DNA of 62,131 bases from Stylophora pistillata (Eukaryota), in NCBI RefSeq assembly GCF_002571385.2, contig NW_019218439.1:1-62131 (forward strand), read 5' to 3'. The notes below the pieces were generated by a model, which made no database searches, was not told the DNA's origin, and worked only from the letters and a program-made list of their open reading frames with translations. The position numbers and the translations under genes were made by a program. This document shows, piece by piece, positions 39,801-53,600 of this stretch (position 1 is the first letter of the stretch; the number at the start of each line of letters is the position of its first letter).

Positions 39801-42800
39801 AAATATGGACCGTGACACCATTGTTCATCATAAACTTAACCCAGCCATCAAAGCCCGCTATATTCGCCTGCAACCCTTAACTTGGCACAACTGGATATCT
39901 TTGAGAATGGAATTGTATGGCTGTTCAGATGGTACGTGAAGTTAATTCTTCTTAAAACAGGACTCTCCATTTCTTACAATGTCTGCATCCGATACAGGTC
40001 TTTTTACTCAAAAAACCTTTTACCCTTTGCATACATTTGCTCACTTTCGTTATTTCCTTCTTGAGTATAGATTTTGTTTTGGGATATTAATTTGCTCTAT
40101 TCAATTCCATTTTCAATAAACCAAAAAGAATGTCAAACGGATCTTGGCTTAAAAAATAGAGCTATTCCTGATGCACAGTTGAGTGCTTCTTCCCAACTGG
40201 ATCGTGACCATGTCGCATCGCAAGGAAGGCTGGACTATGAAGGAGAATTGTGGAAAGCATCGGCTTGGTCATCTGGGATAGTTGATCAAAGCCAATGGCT
40301 CCAAATTGATCTTCGAAGTCTATTCGTTACAGTAACCGGAGTGGCGACACAAGGACGTAGCGGCTGGCGCAGGAACTGGCAGTGGGTAACACATTACATG
40401 CTGCAGTTCTGTGATGATGGAGAGAACTTTACTTTCTTCAAGGAACTAGGAAAATCAGAGGCAAAGGTAATACGATTTTTTTTGTTTTGTTTTGTTTTAG
40501 TTTTTTTCACGGACATGTAACCGTGTGTTATTTTACAATGATAGATATTTAAACAAAAAAATTTACGTTCCCTCCATTTAGAATTTTAGTGGAAACAGCG
40601 ACAGCAATACTGTTGTTCATAATGACTTAAACCCACCAATCAGAGCTCGTTATGTCCGCTTTCTCCCACAATCTTGGCATAAGCATATATCAATGAGGGT
40701 GGAGCTCTATGGATGCCTCAAATATAGTAATAAAGGTGAGGAACGCAGCTTGGACTTAAGATAAGAAGATGTCGTGACGAAATAGCGAACGACAAAATTA
40801 TTCGAAGAGCGCTATATATATAGCACAATGTAGACTGACTAGTGGACACAGTCAGTATGGCAAGTTGTAACACTGGGTTTTGGGATAAATGTGGGCTCGG
40901 TAGACACATCATCGATCCTACCTCATCGATGAACTGTGCTTGCACATCAACTTTGTTTGGCCTTACCTCACGAAACTTGGCCTGAATGCGTTTCTCCAAA
41001 ATACGAATTATCGTTCAACCGAATCTGCCTGATATGCAGCCGAAGGGTACTAGCTGACGCGATTAGATATAGTAACTATTCCTTGAAATGATCCTCACTT
41101 GTATTTACTCTCTATAGTTTCTATGAATGTATCCGAATGTCGAGGAGCTCTCGGTATGCAGGACGGTATAATATCAGATGGACAAATCAGTGCCTCTACG
41201 GAAAGACATAGCTCTCAGATTGCAATCCTAGCTAGGCTACACCGTGCACCAATGACTGCAGAAAAGGCTGGATCTTGGTCAGCAGAGAAAAATGATTTAC
41301 ATCAATGGTTGCAAGTGGATCTAGGAAGCCATTATACCAGAGTAATGCGAGTTGCAACGCAAGGAAGGTATGATGACAGCCACTGGGTGACAAAATACAA
41401 GTTACAGTATGGCAATGATGGAGAAAAATTTCAATACTACAGGGAACTGGGAAAATTTTCAGATAAGGTAATATGATAACCGGCTGGATCTACAGCAATC
41501 TCTGGTATTTCATTCGTAAATGCTTAACTTTCAACCTTAATTCTTATTCAAAGACCCAAAATTGCAAAAAAAAAACAAAACAAAACAAAAAAAAGACAGA
41601 GCAAAATCAAACAAAGTGGTGATTTCCTCGCGGATATCACAGTAACCTGTGAGGCGTGAGTAGTCCAGTGGTCAGTGCGCTGGACTCTAGTTCAGACGGT
41701 CCGGGTTCAAGTCCTGGCTGGGGCTTGACGTTGTGTCCTTAAGCAAGACGCTTCACTCACATTGCTTCGTTTTCTCGGGACGAAGAAAAGGACGTAAAGC
41801 CGGAGGTCCCGTCTCCTGCATCTGTCAGTTAATTTGGTTGGGCAGGGGACGTTATAGAACGAGATTACTATGAGGTGGTCTGGCCTGTTTATTGGGAATT
41901 AGGGGGAGGGGGCATCTGTAGAATTTCTTCTTTATTAATTGTAAANTGCAGCTGGCAGTCTGGAAAAAGTCCCCCGCACAGTGTTGTAAAGCGTATTAGA
42001 ACATTGCATGGAAATGCGATATAGAAACTGACATCATTATCATTATTATTAAACTGCATTATAAAAACCAAATAATGTGCCTAAAAAATCCGAAATCAGA
42101 ACATGCTCTATTTCATGGTAGTGAATATTCGTGCTCATAAGAATCAATAGTCACGAGAGGAAGAGGAAGCTGGTGACTTACCTTCGGAAACTGTATCCTT
42201 TCGGAAGAATTATCCAAATGAGAGATTTCAACGTATTTAAGCAATTGCAACGCTGAACACTTATAAACCATTAACGGTTCTTCTACTTTTTTAACTTAGG
42301 ATTTTGTTGGAAATTCTGATCGAGACACCATCGTTTTTCATGAACTAAACCCACCAATCCACGCACGTTTTATCCGCTTTCAACCACAACACTGGTTTGG
42401 CCACATAGCCATGAGGGTAGGGGTATATGGATGTCAAGGTAAACGAAGAATTGAGTTTCAAATCCTTGAACTAATCAAAAATGCAAAGAACATGTGATTA
42501 GTATACACCAATGGAATTCACATATTGCATCATTTTCGCATTATTTCAGATTTCAGCCCCCCTTTTTCGTCACTGTTCCATCTATCACAACTCTTACTGC
42601 GCACTTTCATTTTTTGCTTTAACTCGCTTGCTGTCAACTTTTGGAACTACCGGTCGAGATTACGTCACAGGTTCTTTAACAACAGTACCTGCCCGCTTTT
42701 TTGTTAGTTTGTTTGTTTTCTTTTTCACCCTGGAATTTGAAGGTACGCGTTGTATTTTTAACCGTAAACTTTCATCGATTTCTTAAAACCCTCAGAATGT

Positions 42801-44626
42801 ACTAATCCTCTCGGTGTGGGCAGTGGTGCAATATCTGACAAACAAATAACTTCCTCTTCACAACTGAACGATGCTCATGCCGCTATGCAGGGAAGACTCG
42901 GCTCCAAGGCCACTAAGAGTAAAGGAGGATCCTGGTCCGCTGCTTCGAACAACTACAGCCAATGGCTTGAGATTGATCTGCGAAGTCAGAACATCAATGT
43001 GACCCGCGTAGCCACTCAAGGAAGACCTGATGCCAGCCAGTGGGTGACGAAATACAAGCTGCAGTACAGTAAAGATGGCGTAAATTTTCAATATTACAAA
43101 GAACAAACGAAAACTGCACATAAGGTGACGTTTATGTGTTCACAAATATGTTAACTTCAGTTTCCCTTTCAAATTTTCTTTATTCATCTTAAGATTAGCT
43201 TCTTTGCCATGCTTTTTTCAATGAACTTTACAGCCTGTAGATATTATGCCCTATAACCAGTGTTAAGTTTCGCAGCACTTTGGCATATTGATTACAAAAA
43301 GGAATTGCCAAGATAGGTTAAAATGGAAAAATAAAAACTGGATATGTTGAAAGAGGTAAGATTACTTTAGATTTCGGATGGCAAAGATGTTTGACAACAA
43401 AGCGATATACTAAAATATTACCCGGCTTGAACCCTAGTTCTTATGATTATCGAAATTTTCAACTGAGACATTATTCATACGATTGTAAATCTGTAGGTTT
43501 TTGATGGGAACGTTGACCAACACACCGTTGTTTATAATGAGCTTGTCCCGCCCATCACAGCACCTTTCATCCGTTTTCGGCCAGTTGAATGGCATAGTCA
43601 CATATCGATGCGAGTAGAACTTTATGGATGTCAAGGTAATTGCAGGATGTGTCACCTTTCTAAAAAACTTTCATTCAGTTCCCGGTCGAATTCCAATTAG
43701 TTAGGTTTGGTCTAGGAAGCGCACAATACCTTGCAACCTCGAAATAAAAAAGGATGCAAAGCGACTCTTAAAATTTTTTAGTTAAGTAGGTCTTGGAATT
43801 GATATTGAGGCTTCCAAGGAAGAACCTTAAAAGAGATTTTTTTTAGTACTGGCTATGGCTAAACGATCAAGCATTTTCGTTCAACACTGGATTTTTCTAG
43901 TAAGAGGATTTGATATTTCAAGGTGTCTTGTTCTTGATATGTGTGTTTAAGAAAAAAAAAACCTTCCACCCTTTTAGACGACCGTCCCTGTGACAAATCA
44001 GTAGACTGGTGTGGATGGAAAAACGTATATGGTTGGAAAAGAATCAAACAAAAGGATCTTGAGGTCTACAAAGGTACGTGATTACATTTTCAAAACGTTG
44101 ATAAGAATTTTATATTTTATGTCGTTTGTTCTGATCAAAATAAAAAAAAAATATATCTGAGCATTTGTAGCGGATATTGAAGAAAGGATAATAATGAAGT
44201 TACAATAAGAATTAATCTGTTTTCGTCTTTGCTTTTTCCGTTTTAGGTCTCAGTGACGACAACAACTTCGAGGCACATCTTCCTGACAGCGAGTATGGTT
44301 ACATATCAGTTTCAGATGTAGTATTGGATGAATGCTGTTTCACCATTTGCTTTTGGTTGAAAACCGCTGATAGAGGCTTCTTTATGGAATATAAAACTGC
44401 GGGATCAGCCGAAGAAAACGAGGCTCTAGTTTTCGAAATCTATTATGGAGACACATTTTCCCTTCAAAGCGGTGGCAAGAGAAGGTATTCAAGAGGAATA
44501 GGTGTAGGGTTTTTTCTTGTCAGTGTTTAACTCACCACCTTCGTAATTACCTTGACAAAGATGAATCCTTAAAATGATCAATTGTTGCCAAGTTAACTGC
44601 CTAGAACCGTGGCTCGTCCATTGAGA

Positions 44627-44664
<38 letters not shown>

Positions 44665-47600
44665 GCTTCATTTAAAGCTTAAGAAATGGCGTCAGCCAGT
44701 TACCAAATGTTGCAACCAGTCAAAATCAAGATAAATCATAGCTTTGCAAAAGCTAAAGATTTTCCACTTAAAGAAATTCTTTACTTGAATAAGACTAAGA
44801 AATCAAGTGGAAAAAAAGGAGAGTTGTATTAAAGTGAGTATGAACAGTGTATTTCGTTCTTTCTGCACAGCGAGCATTCAATGGACGTGATGGACTCCAC
44901 CTGGCATCACGTGTGTGTCTCCTGGGATGGGAAAGTGAGACAGCTTGTAGTTTTCAAGGATGGTTATAGAAATTTCAAGTTAAATGACTTCTGGACGCCT
45001 CTACTTCAGAAGCCGAATAAGGGTATGAACCTTTTTTTTCTGGAGAAAAGAGGGGTGGGGGTGGGGATCTCATGTTTTGGCAGATGGTGATCTGTCTCTG
45101 AATTGTACTTGGATGTGAACAGGTTCAACGCAGGAATTGATGCTAAAAGATATTCAAGCTTAGTAGACAAACTAAGCCTAAAGGTGAACTATCTCGAGTT
45201 AGGTCTGATAATAGCGACCACTATAGTTTGCAGATAGAGCGTGGATGGCCTGTAATAAGAAAGACGCTTTACGATCAAATACCTCAGTCACTTTCACATA
45301 ATTTGCATATTTTAAGCCGTCTAAACGAAGTCACCCTGAAAAAGAATGCTTTTATTTCGAAACCAGGAGTCGTGACGATTGGGTTTAGAAATAAGAGTGG
45401 AAATGCATCTGCTGTAATTGGTAGACTAAGTGGCTTTAATATTTGGAGTCTATTGGTCACGGAAAACGAGATACTGCGCATGTCATACGGTTGTGGAGAG
45501 GTGATTGGCAACGCAATGGACTGGGGAAAAGTTACAAATGGGCTGATTGGAGAAGTGGAAGTACGATCGCTTCCAACTTGCAACGATGATAAACGTAAGG
45601 CATACCTTGATAAACATCATTATTGTTATCGTTGCAGGCCAAACGTTAAGAAAAAAATTTTGTTGTGGTTTTTGTTTTGGTAGTAATCTCTTTACTTTAT
45701 CAACGCGCCAATTTCTAAACATAGTATTTGTATGACCGCCAGGTGACAGGCTTGTGGTAGATACCGTCATTTCCAAGCCAAATGGAACTGCTGTTCTTGT
45801 GAGCCCGACGTACAAAAGATCAAGTGACGGGAAAAGCAGATGCTTGAGGTTTCGCTACATGCTACGGGGGTCTCGAAAGAAAATGTTGACAATTTTCCAG
45901 AAAATGGAAAGTTATAGTGAAATACCAATCTGGACTTGGAAACGCAACACAGGCCGGAACTGGGTTTATGGTCAAGTACCGCTGACCTCTACTTCGAAGT
46001 TTAAGGTAATATCAAAACTGTGGAACTTACTTCTACATTGGTACCAAAATAAACGATGTAGGCTATTAGTTCCTTCTGGTCAGCTGATGATATTGCTAAT
46101 AAGATTCGAAACTTTGTTCTGCTCTTCTAGTGCTGCAATACCTGAAGGCATATAAACGAATTTCGTTTCCTCCTTTAGATTTTGATTAAAGGACAAAAAA
46201 CCAGGAAGAAAGACTTGATCGCTGTAACAGGAATATATGTCGAAGAAGGACTTAATTGCAAACTAAGGCCACTGTCCGCAAAACAGGGTAACTCGCTTAT
46301 ACGTGTCTTGCCTTGCAATGTTACCACATTATGATTCTCTGTTAAATGATTTGTTATAGTTTTTATAGCGGCCGATAAAATCAGCTTTAAATATCAAAGA
46401 ACGGAAGACTGCATCACTTTTTTAAACGTTTTCTGAGGATCACCTCCCTTATATTTCCTTTGGAACAAAGTTAAGCATTCATTTGATATGTTAGATATCA
46501 CTTTCTTCAAGAAAGTAATAGCCCTTCGTGACTTGCCTTTGTAGCTACTCTTCAGAAAATTCGATTTATTACACTTATCGACTCTTTGCTATGCTGTTTA
46601 TTTATCTAGGTTTTGCTGTTTTATCTGTTCGATCTTTTTCTTTATTCTGTGTTGTTCTGTCTGTTTATGTAAAGTATACACTATCTCTCTATATATTTCT
46701 ATTTTACAGCTTGCAATGAGGACTTAACCAATCCATCAGGATATATCTTTTCGCCGACCTATTCCGGCATGGTTCCCTATGATATCGCTTGCACGTGGTA
46801 CATTACCGTTCCGCGCAATAACAAAATTCGCTTGGAGTTCCAAGATTTTCGTCTTCCAGACCATCCCACGTGCGACGGCTGCAGTCTTCAAATTTTTGAT
46901 GGAAGCGAAACGTCTGCTCCTATGATTGGTCGATTCTGCGGTTATTTGTATCCTCCTATTGTGGTTTCTTCGTCAAATCATCTCAGGATTGCTCTGCGTT
47001 GCGCTGCCAATTCATACACAGCAAGATTCAAGATTTTCTATAACTCCACGGCGGGTATGAAGCACTATATCTCATTGAATTTTCCCCGCAATCAACCATT
47101 TTTTTAAGGTCTCTCCCTCTTTCAGAGTTCTGATTGAAAAAAGAAGATATAGTAATTACATGAATATGTCACGCTATAATTTCATGTTGCCATTTACTTT
47201 TCAATTTTTCAGCTAACGAAGATTTAGAGTCGTCCTGTTCACTCCAGCAAGGTACACAAAGATCCTTGAGATATTTTTTCCATATGAGTTTGGGCTTACG
47301 TTTTGTAAGACTGTAGCAGTTTTAACGAGTGAATTTATCAATTAGACTTATTGTCGGGTACTACCAGATTTCTTGTTAGGTAAGTACCGTTTTCTGTGCA
47401 AAGCTAATTCGAAAAATAGCTACCTAATTGAGTCTTTGTTCAGGCTTTTGTCCCAGAACTACAAGCGTCTTGGTGCTTGTTTTCGTTTTAACTTGCAAAA
47501 AAGGTAAAGTCTGTTTACGAGCCTAGTGGCCCATTAGGCCGGTGCTTAACTCCGGTTTCTAACTTGCAAACGATGATCTTAAATCACTAGTGCTTATCGA

Positions 47601-50600
47601 TCAAAACCAATGAGCTTGTGTCTTGCAATCTGTCTAAGAATGCCCATCAAGCTGCAGATGTGAAGAGTTTGGTGGAGAAATAGACAAGAGGATCCTGGTG
47701 AGAGGAGAAGATTTACTGAGTGTACCGAATGATCTTCCAACAAACGTCGGAGCAGTGTATGTAACATTTGGGGTTCTTTAACCCTCACTTTTCGTTTTAT
47801 CATCTTCTCTTTTCCAAAAATAAAATTAACAGTTCCTTCCTCGTGTTTCTCCAAGTAACCGATATTCTTGCTACTTGTTTAAAAAGGTTTTTTGGCCAAA
47901 ACCGGATCTCCCAATTACGCGAGGAGGACTTTGCAAACCTCTTGAAATTGGAATATATGTAAGTAAACATGTAACATTTTTTTTTTTGAGATTGGACAAT
48001 ACTTTGTTGCAGAGACTGTATGAATATTGAAAATTTTTCGATCAGTAATCAAGATAGTGGCTAAGACAACCATATGATTTCCTTAAACAACGCCTTGACT
48101 AACAGTTTTCGGGCGAAAGGAGCTTTCGTTGTCTCTGTACTTTCTGGACAAAGACGAAAAAAAAATTTCTCTTTTTAAAACTCAATCCCTTTGATCTGAG
48201 CTTAAAGCTGTTGTGTCACTGTTTTGAAAAAAGTTGTCAATTCTTTCTTTCTCTTCGTCAGTGATGTGAGCTTCAACACCCTGCTTCACGTGGATGAGGA
48301 CAGCTTTCAAAATTTGACATTCGTTAAGACACTGTAAGCATTAAGTAGTTATTATTTTCAAAGTGACTGAGTAACTTTTCCGCCCTCGATTCTAGAGAAA
48401 CGTCGATGATCACGTGGATACACAAAATACATTTTATAACAATCGATATATTCACTTATTTGTCGCAGGAGACTTAATTTTAAGTTTCTTCGAGCTCTTC
48501 CTGTTGGGGCCCTCAAAGGATTATCCAATTTACGTGTACTGTGAGTATTTCGTGTAAATAATGTCATTCTCGTACTTCTTATGCGTTCTTTACAAGACAC
48601 AAATGTGTTCAGATCGAAAAAAACATTTTCGAGAGAGAATACGGGTAAGGGAGAATTAAGTTATCTACCTCTTTTTAAGTGAATAAAAGGGATTGACTAC
48701 TTTCTTTCAGTGACTTAGGAAGGAACCTTCTTCGGGTTGTATTCAGCGAGATGCTCGATGGACTTTCGAATTTGGAAATTTTGTATGTACTCATTTTTAG
48801 ACCAATTAGTTTTTGTTGTTATATTATAGTTATAAGTCTATAATAATCAGCCAAATCATATTTTCTCTTGGTTTTGTTACAGGAGTCTTCGCTCTAACCA
48901 AATCGAGCGGTTGGAATATGGTGCTTTTAGGAATAAAAGCAACATGACTCATTTGTAAGTACATTTGAGTGGTTCTCAGGTCACTCAGATCAGACTTAGA
49001 CGCTCAGTTTTCAATAAAGCCAATACAAACTGATTTTAAATTTGATCGAAAAAGCTTAATGCGATCAATGCAATATATGATTGGCTATTAGAGTGCTGGT
49101 CTTAAGCTAAGTCAGCAGAAACATCTTGCTCTTTTGTTTGTTTGTTTCATTCTTGTTTCTTTGTAGGTACCTACAAGATAACAAGCTCAAAGAAGTATCA
49201 AATGGGATGTTCAAAGATCTTCTTAAACTTAAACTTTTGTGAGTGCATTTTAATGTCATACTTAGAGTCCAAAACCTGAGAGTTAATTTGTGCATTTGTC
49301 ATTAATTTTTTTTTCTAATTTGTTGCTGTCGTGGTCTTTAGTATTTGTGTTGTTATCTTTGTTGTAAGCGCTGGTAAAACACTTGCTTCTTTTTAATTAT
49401 TCTTATCTTACCAACTTACAACTCACCAGAAATCTCAGCACAAACAGACTGAGGACTGTTTCTAAGGAAACTTTTCAAGGGTTGCAGTCGCTTGAGTATC
49501 TGTAAGTGTTTGACTTTGCTGAGCAAAAGTGAATTACTTACTTACCTACTTAGGGTTTGCACTTTGCTGTAAGACGTTGTTAGCATTTGATCAGTCAGTT
49601 AATGATTTTCTTTCGAAGAACTGTGAATTCGAAATTTAAAGCTTATTTGAAAGGAAAATGCCCCTAGTCGTATTTTTAAGGATTTATTGCAGTTGATGAA
49701 TACTTTCTTGAAACGATTTTTAAACTCAATCATTAAAAAAGGTCGAGGATAAAATTATTTGGGAAAAAGAATTGATTTGATCAAAAGTAGAAATGAACAA
49801 ATTCGCTTTTGAATGGATAAATAATAGCCTAAGTCAGTTTGATAGAAATGTCATATGCATCAGTAAATTTGGTAATGGACAGGGTGGAAAGTGTTCTTCT
49901 TGACTTTTTTCGTTCATAAATTCAGGTACCTGGATAAAAACGAACTTACCCTGAAAGTACCCCCAGATGCGTTCAATGACCTCAAGAACCTGCGATATTT
50001 GTGAGTCATTTGTTTAACAATCCTCGTCAGTCTAAATTGCTTGCAATTGGTTTTGTCCAGGACATCGATGTGGAATAATGACAGGAATTAAAGCAAAGTT
50101 TCCCTCTTTACAATTCTAACAGGAAACTGGATCACTTCATACTATGTTGCTACGCCAAGAAGTCAATTGGAGGAGTGGATTGCGAATCCCCAGTCAATGA
50201 ATTCTCAAGTTGCGATGACCTCATGAAAAATAAAACTCTCCAAACTTGCATCTGGATTCTGGGAATCCTTGCTTTCTTTGGTAATCTGCTTGTCATACTA
50301 TGGCGGATAGTTGATACAGAAGAGAACAGGGTCCACTCGTTCTTGCTGAAAAATCTAGCGCTTGCCGACATGTTCATGGGTGTTTATCTGTTGGCAATTG
50401 CAATTATGGACGCAAGGTGGCAAGGAGAATATTTTAAGCACGACCATGAATGGAGGTCTGGTTGGGGTTGTCGAATAATTGGAGTTCTCTCGATGCTGTC
50501 CAGTGAGGTATCTGTACTAATTCTAACAATCATCACAATGGACAGATTCATTTGCATCGTCTTCCCGTTCAAATTCCGTCGCCTGACGTACAAATCCGCC

Positions 50601-53600
50601 GTATTTACCTGCACTGGAGTGTGGGTATTTGGAATAGTCATCTCCGTGATTCCAATCACTGGACTGAACTATTTTTATGACAAAAGCGGTGATTTTGGTT
50701 TCTACAGTCGTTCAGCGGTTTGCCTTCCGCTTCAGCTATCTGAAGGAACCCCAGCCGGTTGGGAATACTCCACCTCCTTTTTCATCGGGATGAATTTCAT
50801 TTCTTTCACCTTTATCCTGGTGGCGTACCTCTCGATGTTTCTGACGGTGAAACGTGTAACCCACGCTGTTCGATCGACGAATTTAAACAGAGAATCTGCT
50901 ATGGCAAAGAGACTTGTTTTCATAGTGATGACAGACTTCTGCTGCTGGATGCCCATAATAATTATCAGCATTTTGTCACTGACAGGAAATTTCAATGATC
51001 CAGACAAAATTGCCTACGTGTGGATTGCAGTGTTTGTTCTTCCTCTCAATTCCTCCCTTAATCCAATCCTTTACACGTTTTCCACCGATAGAGCAAAACG
51101 CAGCTTAAGCCATAAGGGGAAAAATGTCACTGGTTTTGTTATGAAGACTCTGAACAGACGTACTGAAGGTGGGTAAATCTGTTAAAGAATAATTTAGTGA
51201 TCAGATTCTGCATGCTTTACTCATCTAAATTGTTCAAAGAAGACATAGAAATGATCTTGTTCGGCTGTAGTTTAAGAGTACTATTTCCCATCGTCTTCTC
51301 GAACAACAAATTGCTGCAAAGATAGGAAATTAAGAGAAAACATAACACAAACGTGGGACAAAACCGCCAGGAAGCGGTTTCAATTGAAGGCTAATAACAA
51401 TCACCCCATGATGCATCAGAGGCGACCTAACTAGACTAGTTGATTTAGTAATTGATTAGGCACAACGCTTGTTTTGAAACTCACAGTATGAATGACGTTG
51501 TGTCCCAGTTACCATAAGATCCTTTTCATTCTTCTATCTTAAAGCGTAACTTTATTCATGGACAGTACCCTATTCTTTTTCTTTTGAAGATCGATCGTCC
51601 AACGCCTCGAACATGTCTGGAAAAACGTTGCTTTCAAAAGTCCTTTCCATTTCCAGCCCCAAGCCAAAAGTGAGGGAAATGAAAAAGCCGCAGCCCGAGA
51701 TTGTTGTTGTGCAAGCTAATCTGAAGCTTATTGAAGAAGTAAATATCTTCAAGGATGATACTGTTGGAAAACAATCCACAGTAAGTACTTCTCCGTGAAA
51801 ATCAAAATGACACTTTTATGGCTACAGACCAGAGACGATCAAGTTAAGAGACTTAATCTCCCACTGTGTTGGCCGTATTTCCACTTAAGATGGAAGAAGA
51901 GCCTAAACAGAACCAATCTTGTGTTTCGTATTTGTCTTTGGTTGGCACTTACTCCCTGTGGGAGCCGAGAAACATTTCCCTCGATCGATGGAGAGTCTTT
52001 GAATCGAGCAAGGCTTCTTTGACGAATACATCGTTTTTGTCTCATATTTTAAAGATTCTCTAGAAAAGACCTTTCTCATGCCAATTTCTTGAACTTTTCT
52101 GAAAAAGTTAATAAATCTTGCTCTGATTAATTTCCTATCAACCAAGTTTATGCAAGGATTTTGCGTGTCTTACAAACATTTGACAAGTAGTACTCCCATT
52201 GTCACTATTTACCATTTCCATGTATGACGTGTACCAATGATTATATGTACCATTTCACTTCTCGCCTCTACAGGGCTATGTTACTGCTTGGTGTGAGGTA
52301 GGAGGTGCTTTCAATATTGTGTTGCTAAAGTACTTTGGAAAAGGAATGAAGGAGGAGTGGACTCGGGAAGTGGCTATAGTACAGCACTTTTCTTGTGACA
52401 AGAAGCCTCAGTCCAATGTGTTACAATATCGGTGGCACTCCAAAAGTAAGTGAACCTTACCTTTATAATATAACTACCAGTTGTTAGAATTACCATCTCC
52501 ACTTTTCTCACAATATTTAAAAATGCCAGATTACCTCACAGCTCTCTGCAACATAAAGATGTTTTTTCCCTTTTGTTGCTATTAGAGAATCAACTAGGAG
52601 AAAATTGGGGGTGGGATTTGCGCTTTGGAGGTTTTTTTCTTACTTCATAGGTATGTATTTTATTGTAACTCTGGAGTTTTCTGTGGTATTTTTTCCTCAG
52701 CTAACGACCTGAATATTGAGCACGGCAAAACGAAGATTGATGCTCTACAAGGAAAAAGTTTGTGAGTCATAAATGAATGAGTGCTCTATAATCAAACATA
52801 TTTAAATCTCCATACATTTGGTTTCAAGTAATATAAAGGATTTTGAATGATGTCTTTTCTTTTTTTTCCGAAAGCCTGATATGTTACGACTTTGTGTCAA
52901 GTTCAACCCTGGAAGATTTCATTTGTGAGAAAGGAACTGTCATTGACTTCGAGTCAATTTGTACAGTAGCCTGTGACGTCTTAGGTGCATTAGAAGAACT
53001 ACAGGAACTTGGAGTACTTCATAACAATATCACAACACGTAACATTCTGATCAGCCAGTGCGCTAGGGTTAGTAAAGTGGTAAAAGAACTAGTTTCTTCT
53101 ACAGTCATTCTCACTTTCCGAGTAAGGTAATAAGCCTACAGAGTGTTACGTGACCGGTAGATCACATATATAGCACAGAGATTTTTTGCGAGTCCGAAGC
53201 GAAATCACGAGCGTCGGTCAGAGGAGAAATGCTCCTGCAAACTTTTTCTTTCATAGACAATGATCTCGTTCTTTAGTTGATATTCAAGGAAACTTCGCTT
53301 TGAAAGGCCTCGAAGTTTCCTTGCTCAAAATTTCCTTCGAGCTTTCGAAAATATTTCTTGGGAACAAAGCACATTTCGCTTGCATCGCTTTTTCGATTCG
53401 GAATACTGTATGTCATATCTTTGATTGCTTACAAATCGATCATCTAAACTTCTGCTTCCTTCATAAGGCATTTATTTGCTTGTTTTGGTCGGAGAGAAGT
53501 TATGGTTATTGCCTCTAGAATTTACTTTTATTGTTATGGGTGTAGCTATAGTGTATGATGTATTGTATTAGGACCCAGATTCCCCATCAGTGGTGCATGT

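Noticed and set aside
13916-51168. Classification as an adhesion GPCR
   Set aside because: No GAIN/GPS motif. The 7TM carries class A motifs and the LGR hinge.
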